From Ophelia neglecta (taxonomy: Eukaryota), in NCBI GenBank assembly GCA_965285935.1, contig OZ260662.1:98952001-99016000 (forward strand): DNA of 64,000 nucleotides, read 5' to 3'. Positions within the stretch are counted from its first letter, which is position 1. Each line of letters begins with the position of its first letter. The position numbers and the translations under genes are program-made. Below the pieces are notes generated by a model. The model had not been told where the DNA came from, did no database searches, and worked only from the letters and a program-made list of their open reading frames with translations. This document shows, piece by piece, positions 12,001 to 22,842 of this stretch.

Positions 12001-15000
12001 TACAGAGAAAATCCAGAACAAGCAGTGCAGCTTGTTATAAGGTAAATGGTGTAAATACGTCTTGATGATATGTGCGTTTCTGAGCATTCAATAAAGTTTC
12101 ATGTTTAAAACGTTTAAATGGTTTGAACAAATTAATTGAGTTGTTATAAAACTACGTTAATTTAAAAATTAAAAAACACATTCGTTCGCTTATACAAAAA
12201 ACACTGCCTACCCTGCCCTATTGCATGTTTTTGCAAGGGGCATTGTGTTTTTAGTTGCTTGGCGAACTTGTAGCCCGACAAGACAGGCCATTTGAATTTG
12301 TCTTAAGCCTTAAGTTAAATGATTCATATCAAGAACAACATATACCTCCCCACATTTCGGTTGGAAACACGAAACGAATATGATAGGATTTTTAAGAAGA
12401 TGCGATAATAGGTAGCTCCAGCAATTTTATGATAATCGCTAGAAATTTGATAACATAAAAACGCATTATTTACTTATAATTAGGATGAGCTTTCTTCTTT
12501 CACTGACAAATTCCGATAAAGCGGAAGTGCCCTAGCAACGGCGACCCTTAGCGAGCCAGAATTCCTTGGCAAGTATTTGCACCAGTGAATAACACGGCAA
12601 AATTGTACAGCGGTATTTTACGATTAATTATTAAATTTTAGTAACGCCGTATATGAAAGGGCGAAAAAAGCTGTATAGGCACGAATTAAACATATGATAA
12701 AAAGTATATTAGAATAGCATTAAGAGACCGGCGGACCAAAAATACTAGTATTTCAGGACAATGGATCGCTCGGGTTTAGGCTAGTACGAGTTAATGCAGT
12801 CTTATAAACCGGCATATTCAATTCTATAAATTAATTAGGTCGAGCTTGCCCGGCAAGCTTATAGATACTTTGCGCGACCCTACTGTAAAATTAATTTTCA
12901 GAACCAAAGGCTCCAACTGTGTGGGCGAAATTATAGAATACACTACTGGTATAAGTCTTAGGCAACAATGATTCTAGTACACCTCGTGTCGGCGGTCGGC
13001 CTTATTTGAAAGGGAATATTGAGAGCCTCAAATCCAAGGGCCTTTATACATTTGGCCGAACTTAAATGAAAGTCAATAAGTAAAAACCAACATACATGAT
13101 ACGTGCTAGCATGCTCGAAAAGAAGTCCCATCTCAAATTTGTCATTCGTAATGTAGAATGGGTAACCGGCTGAAACAGTGAAACTACATAGGAAATTTAC
13201 ATCATAAGGATAAATCCATTACTAGTGATATTTTAGTAAAGGTATTACCAACATATATTTGAAAAGGCCCTTTAGGCAGTTTTTGGAACTAGACATTGTA
13301 CTAGCGATATGGGCTACCTTGGAAATTATATTTATGTAGGAGGGTAATCTAAGGTAGGCATTTAAAACAACTGGCCATAGCGGTAACAGCAAAACATCCA
13401 GTATTTATCACAAAACAAACATCGTGGCTCAATCAAAGATTGAAAAAGATATTACCGGCAGATAATTTACTACCGTAGACTGGCCAAGGGTTAAAATATT
13501 ACAAAAGTAGTTGGCAAATAAAAAAAAACATTAATTCAAGTATACATATGTATGATTCAGAAATTCCTTAACAATCGCTGTTGCAATATACATAAATAAA
13601 TTATTGAAAATATGACACAACTAATGTCAAAAACTCGATCAACACACTTCTCGACTTTTTTGCCGTTGAACGCTACCTAACTTTACTACCATTCATTGTG
13701 GAAAGATGCATAAGAAAGAGAATAAGGATCAGCGCCAGGGTTGGAAAAACCCGCCTGCCCGTCGGCCCGAGGAAGATAAATATTGCATCGGGTCGATAAA
13801 CTTCTCACCTAAGTGGCCCTGCGGGCCGGTGACCTGTCAGTGACTGATTTCATTATCTTTTCATGATTTTCTACACACAAAAATGTTGGATCTTGCTTGC
13901 TGCAGTCATGCATGTTTTCTACCTCAATGGAAGGAGCGATCTGATTGGCCTAGCCGGGCATGCCCCTGATCTCGTAGCTAATAACGCTGTTTGTAGCTTC
14001 TGATCCCCGGCACTACCACGTTTTGAACCAGTTCACATCTACCGAAATTTCTCTCCTCTTCTCAACAGGTACGCAACTATCCGCTACTACCTATAATAAC
14101 TAAAGGATTGCTGCGCTGGGAACTTGTCGGCCCTGGCCTTACTTCGCGATATATTCACTCCAGCAGTAATTTTCGGCAGACATCGCCACTTCCTGGAGTA
14201 AAAGTATCACAAAAGCTACTAACTCGAACGTGTGCTCTTTTGTATTCCACAATGAACTTGTCTCGATGAAAAAAAAGAAATGAAATCCCAGCTACCCATT
14301 CATATTTTACCGTGGCTATGCACGGTTCAAGCCATGGGAGACCGTCCATCATTGTCAACAAGTACGTGACGCCAGGCACGACTCTGATGCCGCAGCTGAT
14401 TTGTCAAAATCGTAATTTTAATACTTTTCCAAAATAATAGAAGAGTAAATAAACCATTGTTTCTTTTCGATGTATTTGCCGATGCGGAATTTGTTTACAT
14501 AAAATATAAAAAAAGAAGGGGTAAATATTTTATAATCAACATTTTATTTCTGCTCGCCGTATACCAATTCTCTGTTGCTGTTGCTGTGACTGCTACACAT
14601 TTCCCCAGTGTTTGTAGCTTTTTTATGATGTTCACAAGGGTAACGGTTTTTCCGGTACCTGCCTGCCAGTCATAAATAAATTGTGTCCTGCCAAAACCAA
14701 ATCTAACGCTCTCGGCTGATCCACGTTAAGCTCCATGTTGACACACTGTATCATGGGACTCAATGTATAGAAATGATCGCACGTGTATTGCCTAATTAAA
14801 CAAACACTAATCTTTCTGCGCATGCGTACGCGTTTACGAGTTCAATCCAGGTCGACCAATGGGCAATACGCTTTTTATGTACTGCGTGGCTGCTGCCTGT
14901 GCTAAGCCTGATTCGTTACGGTTAAGCACGATCGCGACAGGCAAGCTATTTACCATTGATATTTGAAGAAAATTACTGAACGAATACCAGAAATAGCTCG

Positions 15001-18000
15001 ACATAGTCTTAAAGTGGACTAAAACACACGCAGGGTTCGAATTACTATTGATATCTATTTATTAGCAAACATTATATATTGTGTATGCAAGTATGTATAT
15101 TTGCGAGCATTTATTGTTCGTATGACATTTTATATAATGTTATACGTTATGGGTCAGAATTGAGGGGTTTTATTCAATTAACCCCTCAAAACCATTGTTT
15201 ACTTATACTTTATATGATATTTTAGGCATAGCGTATAGATTTACCCTCATGAAATTATCAATAGGATGACGGTATTGATACCGTATGAAAAGGATAAAAA
15301 AAAATACAACTCGACAATAGTAGTAATAGTAATCCAAGCAAAAGCAAAAAGTGTACCTTAATTATGATCTAATTGCCTGCCACCAAACATCAATATGTAT
15401 CTAATGAGAATGATCAAAGATAGCTTCAATCAAACAATAACATCAACAATTTTTAAACCAAACATAAACCAATACCCATTGTAATAAACCAGTATGCTCA
15501 CTGGCAACCGAAAGCCCCGCACAACCCCACCCCACCCCACCACGCACCACCCCCGGCGCAACACCAGTACATAGGTTTGTAGTATATGGTACCACATCGG
15601 ACGCAGCGCGCGGCAGGAAGGAGAAAGAGAGGAGGCAGCAGCGCACCCGGGCGCCCGCGAGCATATCTAAGCACATACACAAGGAATCTAGCATTGTTTT
15701 ACATGAGCACGTATACACAAACATTGACAAATATATATAATAGATAGAGACACGGTCATTCGTGCATAGACTCTAGGCGGCCAATAAAGAGATATGAGGC
15801 CAATAAAGAGATATGAAATTAAGAGAATACACGTCGCCATTAAAATTCACACAGACAAATTTCTATTGTGATTTGACCAATTAAATCATTTCCTGAAGTA
15901 ATGCCATAGAAGATATTTAATATTTGGTATTTAATATTTCATGATTTATTGTTGGACATCCCCCCCTCCCCCCCCCCTCAAAATATCAAATAATTGTTTC
16001 AACGTTACCGTGCTGTTGGTTAAATTACAATATATATTATAGGAGGCTAGAAGAACCCTGGTTGAACGAAGGGGAGCCGTTCTCTCTGATGACTTTTTCA
16101 CCCAAAGTTAAATGTTATGAGATTATAGGAACGTCCGCCTTTGAGCAGCGCCTGTTTCATGTATGGAAGGGTTTTTTTTTGGAAATTCCAGCTCACTGGG
16201 TGAGGCATTGTGCTCATAAAACGATGTAAAAATTCAGTTTAAAGGTAATGCGCAACATTCAAATGTACTTAACGTACGGTGGTTTTTATTTCAGATGCTG
16301 TTTGCCTTGATATTTCCCTTTCATCTCTGTTTTGCAAAATACACGAAGGATACTAAGCGAATTATGAAAGAGATCCAGACTGAATTAAACCAAGATAATG
16401 CTATTAATAGGGCATCCGGTCTAGCTCCCAATGATACCGATACTGGTGTCCGTGAAGCATGGGGAGAGGACAAACAGGACGACAAGAACGCACCAATTCC
16501 AGAAGAAAGTTTTTACCCGACTGCTAAGAATTGTTTTGGCGTCGAAATATTGGACATTACCAATTGGTCCCGTGTCACGCCTGTCACATTCTTCTACACT
16601 ACCCCGATGATCAAGTTTTACTATTACGCGGTAACTGAACTAAGGTCAATTATTTAACCGGATATCTTACTATGATGAGCTGATTAGTTTCTTTTGTAAG
16701 CTAATAAGGAGATACTATACTTATTTATATGCTGTATATCATAAGAAACTTAAAATTTGTAATGAGAGGGTAGGGTAGGTGATTATGTTACCAGTGGTTT
16801 CATAAATGACCATTAATTTTTTCCTTTTATCTTATTGCAGGTTTCCAAATTAGTGTTTCTGTTCCTGTTTAGTTTCTTCTTACTGACCAATCTAGGACCT
16901 AAAAGTGAGCAGAGCATAAATGTCATTGAGTATATAGTCTGGTTATGGGCTGGCACAACCTTCGCAGAAGAAATAAGACAGGTAGTTAAACCATCAACTT
17001 TACTGTGATATCAATTCAGTAGTCCTGGTATGGATGAATTAAAGTATTATGGATATAGGACACGCATTCACATTCAAATGCAAGGAGTATTTCTTTTGCG
17101 TTAGATTGCCAGATTTGGTTCACATATAAAAGGCTTCATATGAAAAATAACATATACACACATATCACGTATATCCCTTATTGACAGCACTTCTTAACAT
17201 GTTTCGATATTTCAATTGTTTAATGAGGTTAGGTGGCCTCCTAGCCATGTAGGGCAATTCTCGATAGGGGCTTCAACCGAGAAACATTTTGTTTTAAAAA
17301 CGGTTCAATACGCTTTTAAAATACACAAATATGCACATACCACAATGTACTTAAGGAGAGAGTCACTGGTTTGTGTGCGCGTGGAGCAACAAGCTTATGA
17401 GCACATTACATAAAGCGTTCTGTACATGTACAGAATAAAATGTATTAATCCTGTGCTATTTGCTCACAGTAATGTAACTTTGTTCAGCTTTAAAAAGACT
17501 TGTTAAGCCATCCTTGTTCATTATATAAATTTACATGCACCATAACCTGTGTAAATATTATTTCTACACGTTGTCGGACTTCTGTGTTGAAAAATCCCTA
17601 TTTCCAAATGATTACTACGCATGCATTCTTTAGCTCATATTCTTCGGTTTTCGACATGTACTTATTATATACGTATAAAGACAGACATTTTGTTTAAATA
17701 AAATGTAACTTATTAGCAAACCCCAGACAGAAACATTGTTTCAAGCATAGGATAAAAGTTGTATTTGCAACCTATATACTAGCACTGCTACAAATTGGTG
17801 TACTTCAAGCCGCAGTCCATCCAACGAATAATCAAAAACAATCGTGTATGAAACACTAGTAGCATAGATGTTATCAAACGCAATGAGTTGAGAACTAATT
17901 ACATTAACTGGTTACTGCACTGATCACAATGAAAAAGATGTTCATACTGAATTTGTGACAAGCTTCGATACGAAAGTATTAGTCAGACATACATTCCTAC

Positions 18001-21000
18001 ACTATGGACATTCTTTCCATTTAACCTATCAAGTTCCTGGTAAATAGCCAAGAAATGCTATTTCACTCTTTATGTTCACGAATATCCGTTGCTTTTCCTA
18101 TGTTTGGTGCAGTTTATTCGTGGTGCTTAAATTGCCACTCTTCATACCACATGCTTTCCATTGTGCTGACCTTGACCCCTTGCCTGTGTCGGTTTTTGAT
18201 TCTGATACCGACTGGAATTACTTGTAATAAAATAGAAACTGAGGAGCCCTTTATGTTGAAGTGTGTCCTTTAAGACAAACGGTTGACATTTTGAAACAAA
18301 CACATGGAAGGCATGAAAATTAAATCGATAAGTATGTTAAATTCACAGGACAAGAAGGCACTTGAAAATATATCCGCCATGTGTAGAAAGCACTGAATAT
18401 TCAAGCAGACTATGCTTGAATTTTTGAATTTCTGTACACCGCTACCATTAAGGATATGATTTTTTATAGGCTATATAACGCAGTTGAAGACGCAAAGCAT
18501 TGTATAATGTTGATGTTTATAAATAAACTGCATAAAATATTACATATTATCAACATGGGCAATATTTAAATTCAAATAAACACTTTTTAATACACTCGGT
18601 TTGTAAACACTCGTCTTAAAAATGCTCAGTTTTGCTTTGTAAATCGGCAAGAGGAGTGTAACTGTATTTTCCCCTTGGACAAAAACAATAACAGATAGAT
18701 TCAACAATATAAAATCCGTACTAATTTGAAGAGTAATAATAGCATTATGTAAATGAACGTTGGTTTTCCCTGTAGACACGGCGAACGGACACAACAGCTT
18801 GATTTCAAAATTGGGTGAAAAAGTGCATTTATTCTTATCCCATTAAAATGTAACATTTATCTGGATTTGTTTACATTTTCTTCGTAGGCAAGTTAAACAT
18901 GTAAACGTTTATTCACAGATATACAATAAGAAGCAAAAGTATTTCGATAGCGAATGGAATAGATTGGACCTCGCTGTGCATCTTTTAATGATATGCTGTG
19001 TCATTCTGAGGTTCGTACTTAAATCCGAAGATTTTGTTTGGGTCCGAATGTGCTATGCGTCGGCACTCTTATTGTTCTTTATACGGTTTTCGGACGTAAC
19101 TCATCCATGGAGAACAATAGGGCCAAAAGTGATCATGATACGCAAAATGGTAAGAGTAATCCTAATTTAATTTCATAATAAGTTTAAATATCATAAGTAG
19201 CACCGCCCATAGTTTGTCAGTTTATTTTAGAAATATGCATAAGCTCGGTGAAAGTTGTATATATTTGTTATTTCATTCGAATAAAATGAAGCACAGCATA
19301 TTTGGCTTTTTTTACGTTACAGCTTGTTTGGATGGTTAATTATTGACAATCATTGTGTGTAATATGATTGCAGCTGGCTGAGATGATGCGGTTTATGTTG
19401 ATCTTTTTATTGTTCATGTTTGCCTTCGGAGTAGCAATCCACTCCCTCCGTTTTCCAAACAGCCAATCTTCATGGAGTATCATTATAAGTATCCTTTATC
19501 AACCTTACTGGAATATTTTTGGAGAGTTTTTCGAGGAAAACGGTCAAAGTAAGTGTTTGAATGACTGATGCAATCTTAACATGGGCATGCAACACAGAAT
19601 CGTACTTAACAATAACATATTGAGAGAGGAAACACTCATAAATTGTTACTAAGATATCCAGTCATTAACATTTCAAAACTGTATTTGTAAATGTCCTTCA
19701 ATATTCTATCTGTAATAGTTCTGCCAGCCGGGGATACTGATATTTGTACAAACAATATGACGCTACACCAAATTAACCCTGAAGAATATCCTAGGTGTGC
19801 AAAAGCATCTTGGTTGGCCGAGGTTTTGCTAGCAATATATATATTGCTGACCCATATTCTTTTACTAAATCTGCTTATAGGAATGGTAAGGTAAGATTCC
19901 CAATTTTGGTTCCTTGCGTTAAAATTTTAAAGGTTTGTTTTTTATCCGGCAAAAATAGTTACATATTTAAGACAATTTTGCCTCCTAAGTGTCATTTCTG
20001 GATTAACAGCTGACACTAGTTATAGAAATTTTGTATGCTTAATAAATTTGCGTTTTTTATCATTTTCAGTGGGAAGATATAAATAATATAAATTAAATTA
20101 AGCCTCAGGATATAGTTTTATCTCGGTGGCGCGTCTATCCATGGGCACGTCCTGAGCATCCAGCGATAGTTAAGGCCATGGTTGTCGTAAAAGGACAATC
20201 CTAATATGTTTCTCTATTAAGTGACTGGTTAACTGGTTTTTTTCTACCTGGGACTTCTCTACCCCGTAAACTAAACTTTTACATACATCATTTTAAATTT
20301 GCGGTTTGACATAACTCACAGATGGCTGGAAAAAAACATATTTCTACTGACCGATTAGAGGAAACAATGGCAAATCTTTCTTTTCACACAATGAATTTCA
20401 CAGTTCCAACATAGGGAGTGGACCCCAGTTGGTCCATCTTTTCTACTACCTAGATATTGATTTATTTTTATTGAGATACATTCATCATGGTTTCACAAGA
20501 ACTAGAGGGTTTTGTCCAACCGTGAACTCCCTAGGTGATATTTCATTTTTATCCTGTGTGACCACTAGTTCATGTCGCTTCATGGTAAATGCCAGTTACT
20601 TCTCATTTAATTGGGATATCAATCCAATGTTGTTTAAAAAATTCACTACAGCTGGTGACAGATGTTTGTGCACCTGGAGCGCATGATTCCTGGTGATGTG
20701 GTTCCTGGTGATTTAATGGACTAGTCTCATTTAATGATGTTGCTGTTTCTGTCCGATCTCCAATCGTTTGTTATTTTATTGGCTACGATATCCGGAGTCC
20801 CGTAAATCGCCCTACAGGTTTAAATATGCTTCAAACGGCTCTACTTATGATTTCGTCTGCTTCGCGTACTTTGTAAACAAATGTATCTAATCACGCTGAA
20901 TAGATGTATCACACTATAAGTATAAACATATTAGAAATAAGCGGTAAAAACCGACATTCAATAATTTGAACTGAAAAATGCCATCATTTGAGCATAAATT

Positions 21001-22842
21001 TGATCGATTCTTTCCAGATTACTCATAGGTCCAGCACACAGTGTCTATATCTGTCTATTTCTTTCAGTTTGCAATTAATATATAAGCTGACCACTCTCTA
21101 GATAACCAATATTTCTATAATAAGGTTATCAACATATTTCCTTTGCGTTATCTGTTTGACAGCTTGCGCACATATTACAATAAACGCTTCGCTTTTCAAA
21201 GTTTTAAAACTTATAGATCTTATACTTTTGGCTTTATGGGAGTTGTCCTACAAAATAAAACCCAATAATATTTTGTTTCGTAAACCTTCTCTTTTATTAT
21301 CGCATCTTCATGAAACTGAGCAGTTTCTCCGTCTCCACAGTTCCAAGTACCAACACATGATGGAAAATGCCAAAGTTACTTGGCTGGACCATTGGTACTT
21401 GGTTAACTATGAATTCTACGACAACCCAGCTTTTCCACCTCCGTTTAACATCTTAAGCATGGCGTGGACACTCGTAAAGAAAATATGCGTATTAATCAGT
21501 ACCATCCAACCCATTACTGATAATCAAATACAGGACGGCAACATAGAAGCTAGCAAACCAAAGGACAGTCCTTTTTGTAAGTAACAACAAAACTACAAAA
21601 AAAAGCAATTAAATTTACATTTTCTCTTTAACTTACAAATCAGGTTGCTCTTGCTCTCAGCTTAGGCCGCAGCTGGTGATTTCTGATGGAGACAGACGGA
21701 TTTAATGAACTATACTTATTATTTCAATAATAATGTTGCTTTGACTGCCGGTTATCTACGCCCGTCTGGATAATCAATTTTGCCATTTAATGAAACCGAA
21801 AAACACAGATAGCCCGCGCTTTTCGTTGAACATAATTTTATGCTGTGATTTTTTCCTCTTTAAAAGGCAGCACACCGATATTAGCCTTGTGCTATACGAC
21901 GAACCTCTAGTGATGACTCGATGATATTTTGAATAAATGATTTGCCATCTTTAAATTTCCATGTTGTCTAGGTACACCATTTAAGGAAGAGACAATGCAT
22001 GTTCTTGATGACTTGGAGAAACGCATAACAAGGAAAATATTTGAAAAAAAAGATCCTTGGAGGTACATATGAGATTCTTAGCATTTTATCGTTTCTTCAT
22101 GCCTAATATAATATTCATACGCCAGAAGATTCGCGTTGACTTTGTATTGAACCCTGAAAATTGATTCCCACTGAGAGAAAGACCCATACAGGCCAGGGTT
22201 CCACGACAGGAAATGAAGGTTGAGATGGCTTTTGGGGGATGGGGTGGAGACCGTCATTTGGGCGCTTTATCTATATGAATTACAGAAAGCACGAGTGTTA
22301 ACGAATTATTTGCAGCAGCACTATTTGAATATACAAACATGAATATTATACATGTATTGATCCGGCAAGTGACGAATGGATTATTAAATATACTAAATAA
22401 TCACTCAAGTGTCATCAAGACTGAATGTGATATCAAACACAGTCGTTTACCCCACTAGCATCGTATTAATGTTTCTTGTGCATATAGGTATTTATACACT
22501 AGCGCCATCGGTTGATTACTATAAGATAACTAGAACGGGACTAAAGCATGGTACACAAGGAATGCATCTTAAAATCAATTACCATTTTATCCTAAAATAT
22601 GATTCGGATACTTACTACGGTTGTGGGGGAATTTATTAGTTTTCAATACGTTTGTGATATATATGTGATTCGCCAATTAATTGTGAATTGTCGTAACAAC
22701 TATATTCTTCTTCTATTGTTATGTCCTATTTAGATTGCCGAAAGAAACGCGCAGCAGTTTTCAACATTCGACTCTACAAAAAGAACACACGAAAACAACA
22801 ACAACCCTTGCCTACAGGTTCCATCTAGAAAGTGAGAAGTAA
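2980..22842 (+). CDS. Divergent TRPM-family (melastatin-like) cation channel gene, copy A; 18 predicted coding exons, ~849 aa
   Basis: Hand-spliced exons 2980-3052, 3235-3306, 3951-4034, 5439-5668, 5824-5910, 6034-6115, 10333-10425, 10698-10797, 11961-12041, 16043-16199, 16295-16630, 16841-16981, 18919-19149, 19374-19548, 19719-19890, 21341-21576, 21972-22062, 22734-22842. All introns are GT-AG with matching phases; total 2550 nt, no internal stop. TRPM motifs: LDKCYRENPEQAVQLVIR, FFYTTPMIKFY, EEIRQ, WNRLD, GPKVIMIRKM, QPYWNIFGE, LLNLLIGM, EFYDNPAFPPPF. Exons 1-3 are less certain. Confidence 0.88.
3235..3306 (+). CDS. TRPM-like copy A exon 2 (KTEGVEQTAVKSPGFKQDPKRGK), symmetric phase 1-1
   Basis: ttccatttctAG acceptor, GTtaag donor, 72 nt, open frame. 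Confidence 0.55.
3951..4034 (+). CDS. TRPM-like copy A exon 3 (KTKGVKQTVAKSPGIKAEPEPVDQPST), symmetric phase 1-1, paralogue of exon 2
   Basis: ttccatttctAG acceptor, GTaac donor, 84 nt, open frame. Confidence 0.55.
4342..5236 (+). mobile_element. 5'-truncated non-LTR retrotransposon 3' end (RTE-X-like), copy 2
   Basis: Duplicate of 1196-2075 with a longer (TACA)n tail. Confidence 0.8.
5439..5668 (+). CDS. TRPM-like copy A exon 4 (acidic linker then MHR3-like LSTIVTPDKLCTLFEE)
   Basis: aattttAG and GTtcgt splice sites; C-terminal part resembles TRPM LxxFLTxxRLxELY. Confidence 0.7.
5824..5910 (+). CDS. TRPM-like copy A exon 5 (LIENNPIPTHRNTIEVLKALVKLKDGQKP)
   Basis: Pyrimidine tract plus cAG, GTaggt donor, phase 0-0. 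Confidence 0.7.
6034..6115 (+). CDS. TRPM-like copy A exon 6 (SKKTLDQIGSIIDTKISKEVLDVYCKE)
   Basis: ttttaacAG and GTgagt splice sites; resembles the TRPM ITLxDIGxVIxxL segment. Confidence 0.75.
7780..8160 (-). mobile_element. Old LINE ORF1/endonuclease remnant (internally deleted paralogue of 51115-51800)
   Basis: PLKALSVEHI…TDDDIVNVICKF reading; ~310 bp missing relative to arm B. Confidence 0.55.
8170..9330 (+). mobile_element. Highly degenerate CR1/L2-type LINE
   Basis: Fragments VGVTYLPPNTD, KPTRIT, TDHYPVF, KPAKITAIF…NNYR, KEAFRII; paralogue at ~49980-51100 (-). Confidence 0.7.
10333..10425 (+). CDS. TRPM-like copy A exon 7 (ECVVKKTIVVGLFFNRERLVRHCILQVKYPI), MHR4 start
   Basis: ctgcAG and GTaagt splice sites; paralogous exon at 48737-48829. 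Confidence 0.8.
10698..10797 (+). CDS. TRPM-like copy A exon 8 (ATLLFASVYILKLYHLLKELNHRTFYEEAEQIAR)
   Basis: AG and GTtagt splice sites, phase 1-2; paralogue at 48395-48494. Confidence 0.8.
11783..11910. repeat. Perfect 64-bp tandem duplication, arm A only
   Basis: ttaaagcagcag…ttttccaga occurs twice; single copy in arm B (~46684-46750). Confidence 0.95.
11961..12041 (+). CDS. TRPM-like copy A exon 9 (RLKILAALVLDKCYRENPEQAVQLVIR)
   Basis: ttacAG and GTaaat splice sites; classic MHR4 LLDxCYxxDExxAxxLL motif. Confidence 0.9.
12320..15825. mobile_element. Arm-A-specific composite insertion in intron 9 (hAT-like ends, Pif1 fragment)
   Basis: Absent from arm B; hAT-type termini …tttgcgcgaccCTA (ends 12882) and CAGGGttggaaaaaccc (starts 13736); 19-bp tandem duplication at 15779-15816. 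Confidence 0.55.
14565..14736 (-). pseudogene. Pif1-family (SF1B) helicase N-terminal fragment, frameshifted
   Basis: MELNVDQPRALDLVLAGHNLFMTG/QAGTGKTVTLVNIIKKLQTLGKCVAVTATAT: Q motif, Walker A and motif Ia. Confidence 0.8.
16043..16199 (+). CDS. TRPM-like copy A exon 10 (RLEEPWLNE...FEQRLFHVWKGFF...HW)
   Basis: tatAG and GTgagg splice sites; end of MHR4 (QxxLxxxWxG). Confidence 0.88.
16295..16630 (+). CDS. TRPM-like copy A exon 11, pre-S1 region (…FFYTTPMIKFYYYA)
   Basis: tttcAG and GTaact splice sites; FYxAPxVKF motif. Confidence 0.9.
16841..16981 (+). CDS. TRPM-like copy A exon 12, S1-S2 (…IEYIVWLWAGTTFAEEIRQ)
   Basis: ttgcAG and GTagtt splice sites; EExRQ motif. Confidence 0.92.
18919..19149 (+). 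CDS. TRPM-like copy A exon 13, S3-S4 and S4-S5 linker (YFDSEWNRLD…IGPKVIMIRKM)
   Basis: cacAG and GTaaga splice sites; WNxxD and GPKxxMIxKM motifs. Confidence 0.92.
19374..19548 (+). CDS. TRPM-like copy A exon 14, S5 and pore (…FAFGVAIHSLRFP…YQPYWNIFGEFF)
   Basis: ttgcAG and GTaagt splice sites; PYWxxFGE pore signature. Confidence 0.93.
19719..19890 (+). CDS. TRPM-like copy A exon 15, post-pore loop and S6 (C…RC…WLAEVLLAIYILLTHILLLNLLIGMV)
   Basis: AG and GTaaga splice sites; an alternative in-phase acceptor would start at 19728; two conserved pore-loop cysteines. Confidence 0.9.
21341..21576 (+). CDS. TRPM-like copy A exon 16, TRP domain (…AKVTWLDHWYLVNYEFYDNPAFPPPFNILS…)
   Basis: ccacAG and GTaagt splice sites; ExxxxPxxPPPF motif. 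Confidence 0.9.
21972..22062 (+). CDS. TRPM-like copy A exon 17, rib-helix-like (CTPFKEETMHVLDDLEKRITRKIFEKKDPWR)
   Basis: tctAG and GTacat splice sites; paralogue at 37958-38048. Confidence 0.8.
22734..22842 (+). CDS. TRPM-like copy A putative terminal exon (LPKETRSS…FHLESEK*)
   Basis: Long pyrimidine tract plus tttAG, correct phase, TAA at 22840-22842. Confidence 0.65.
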
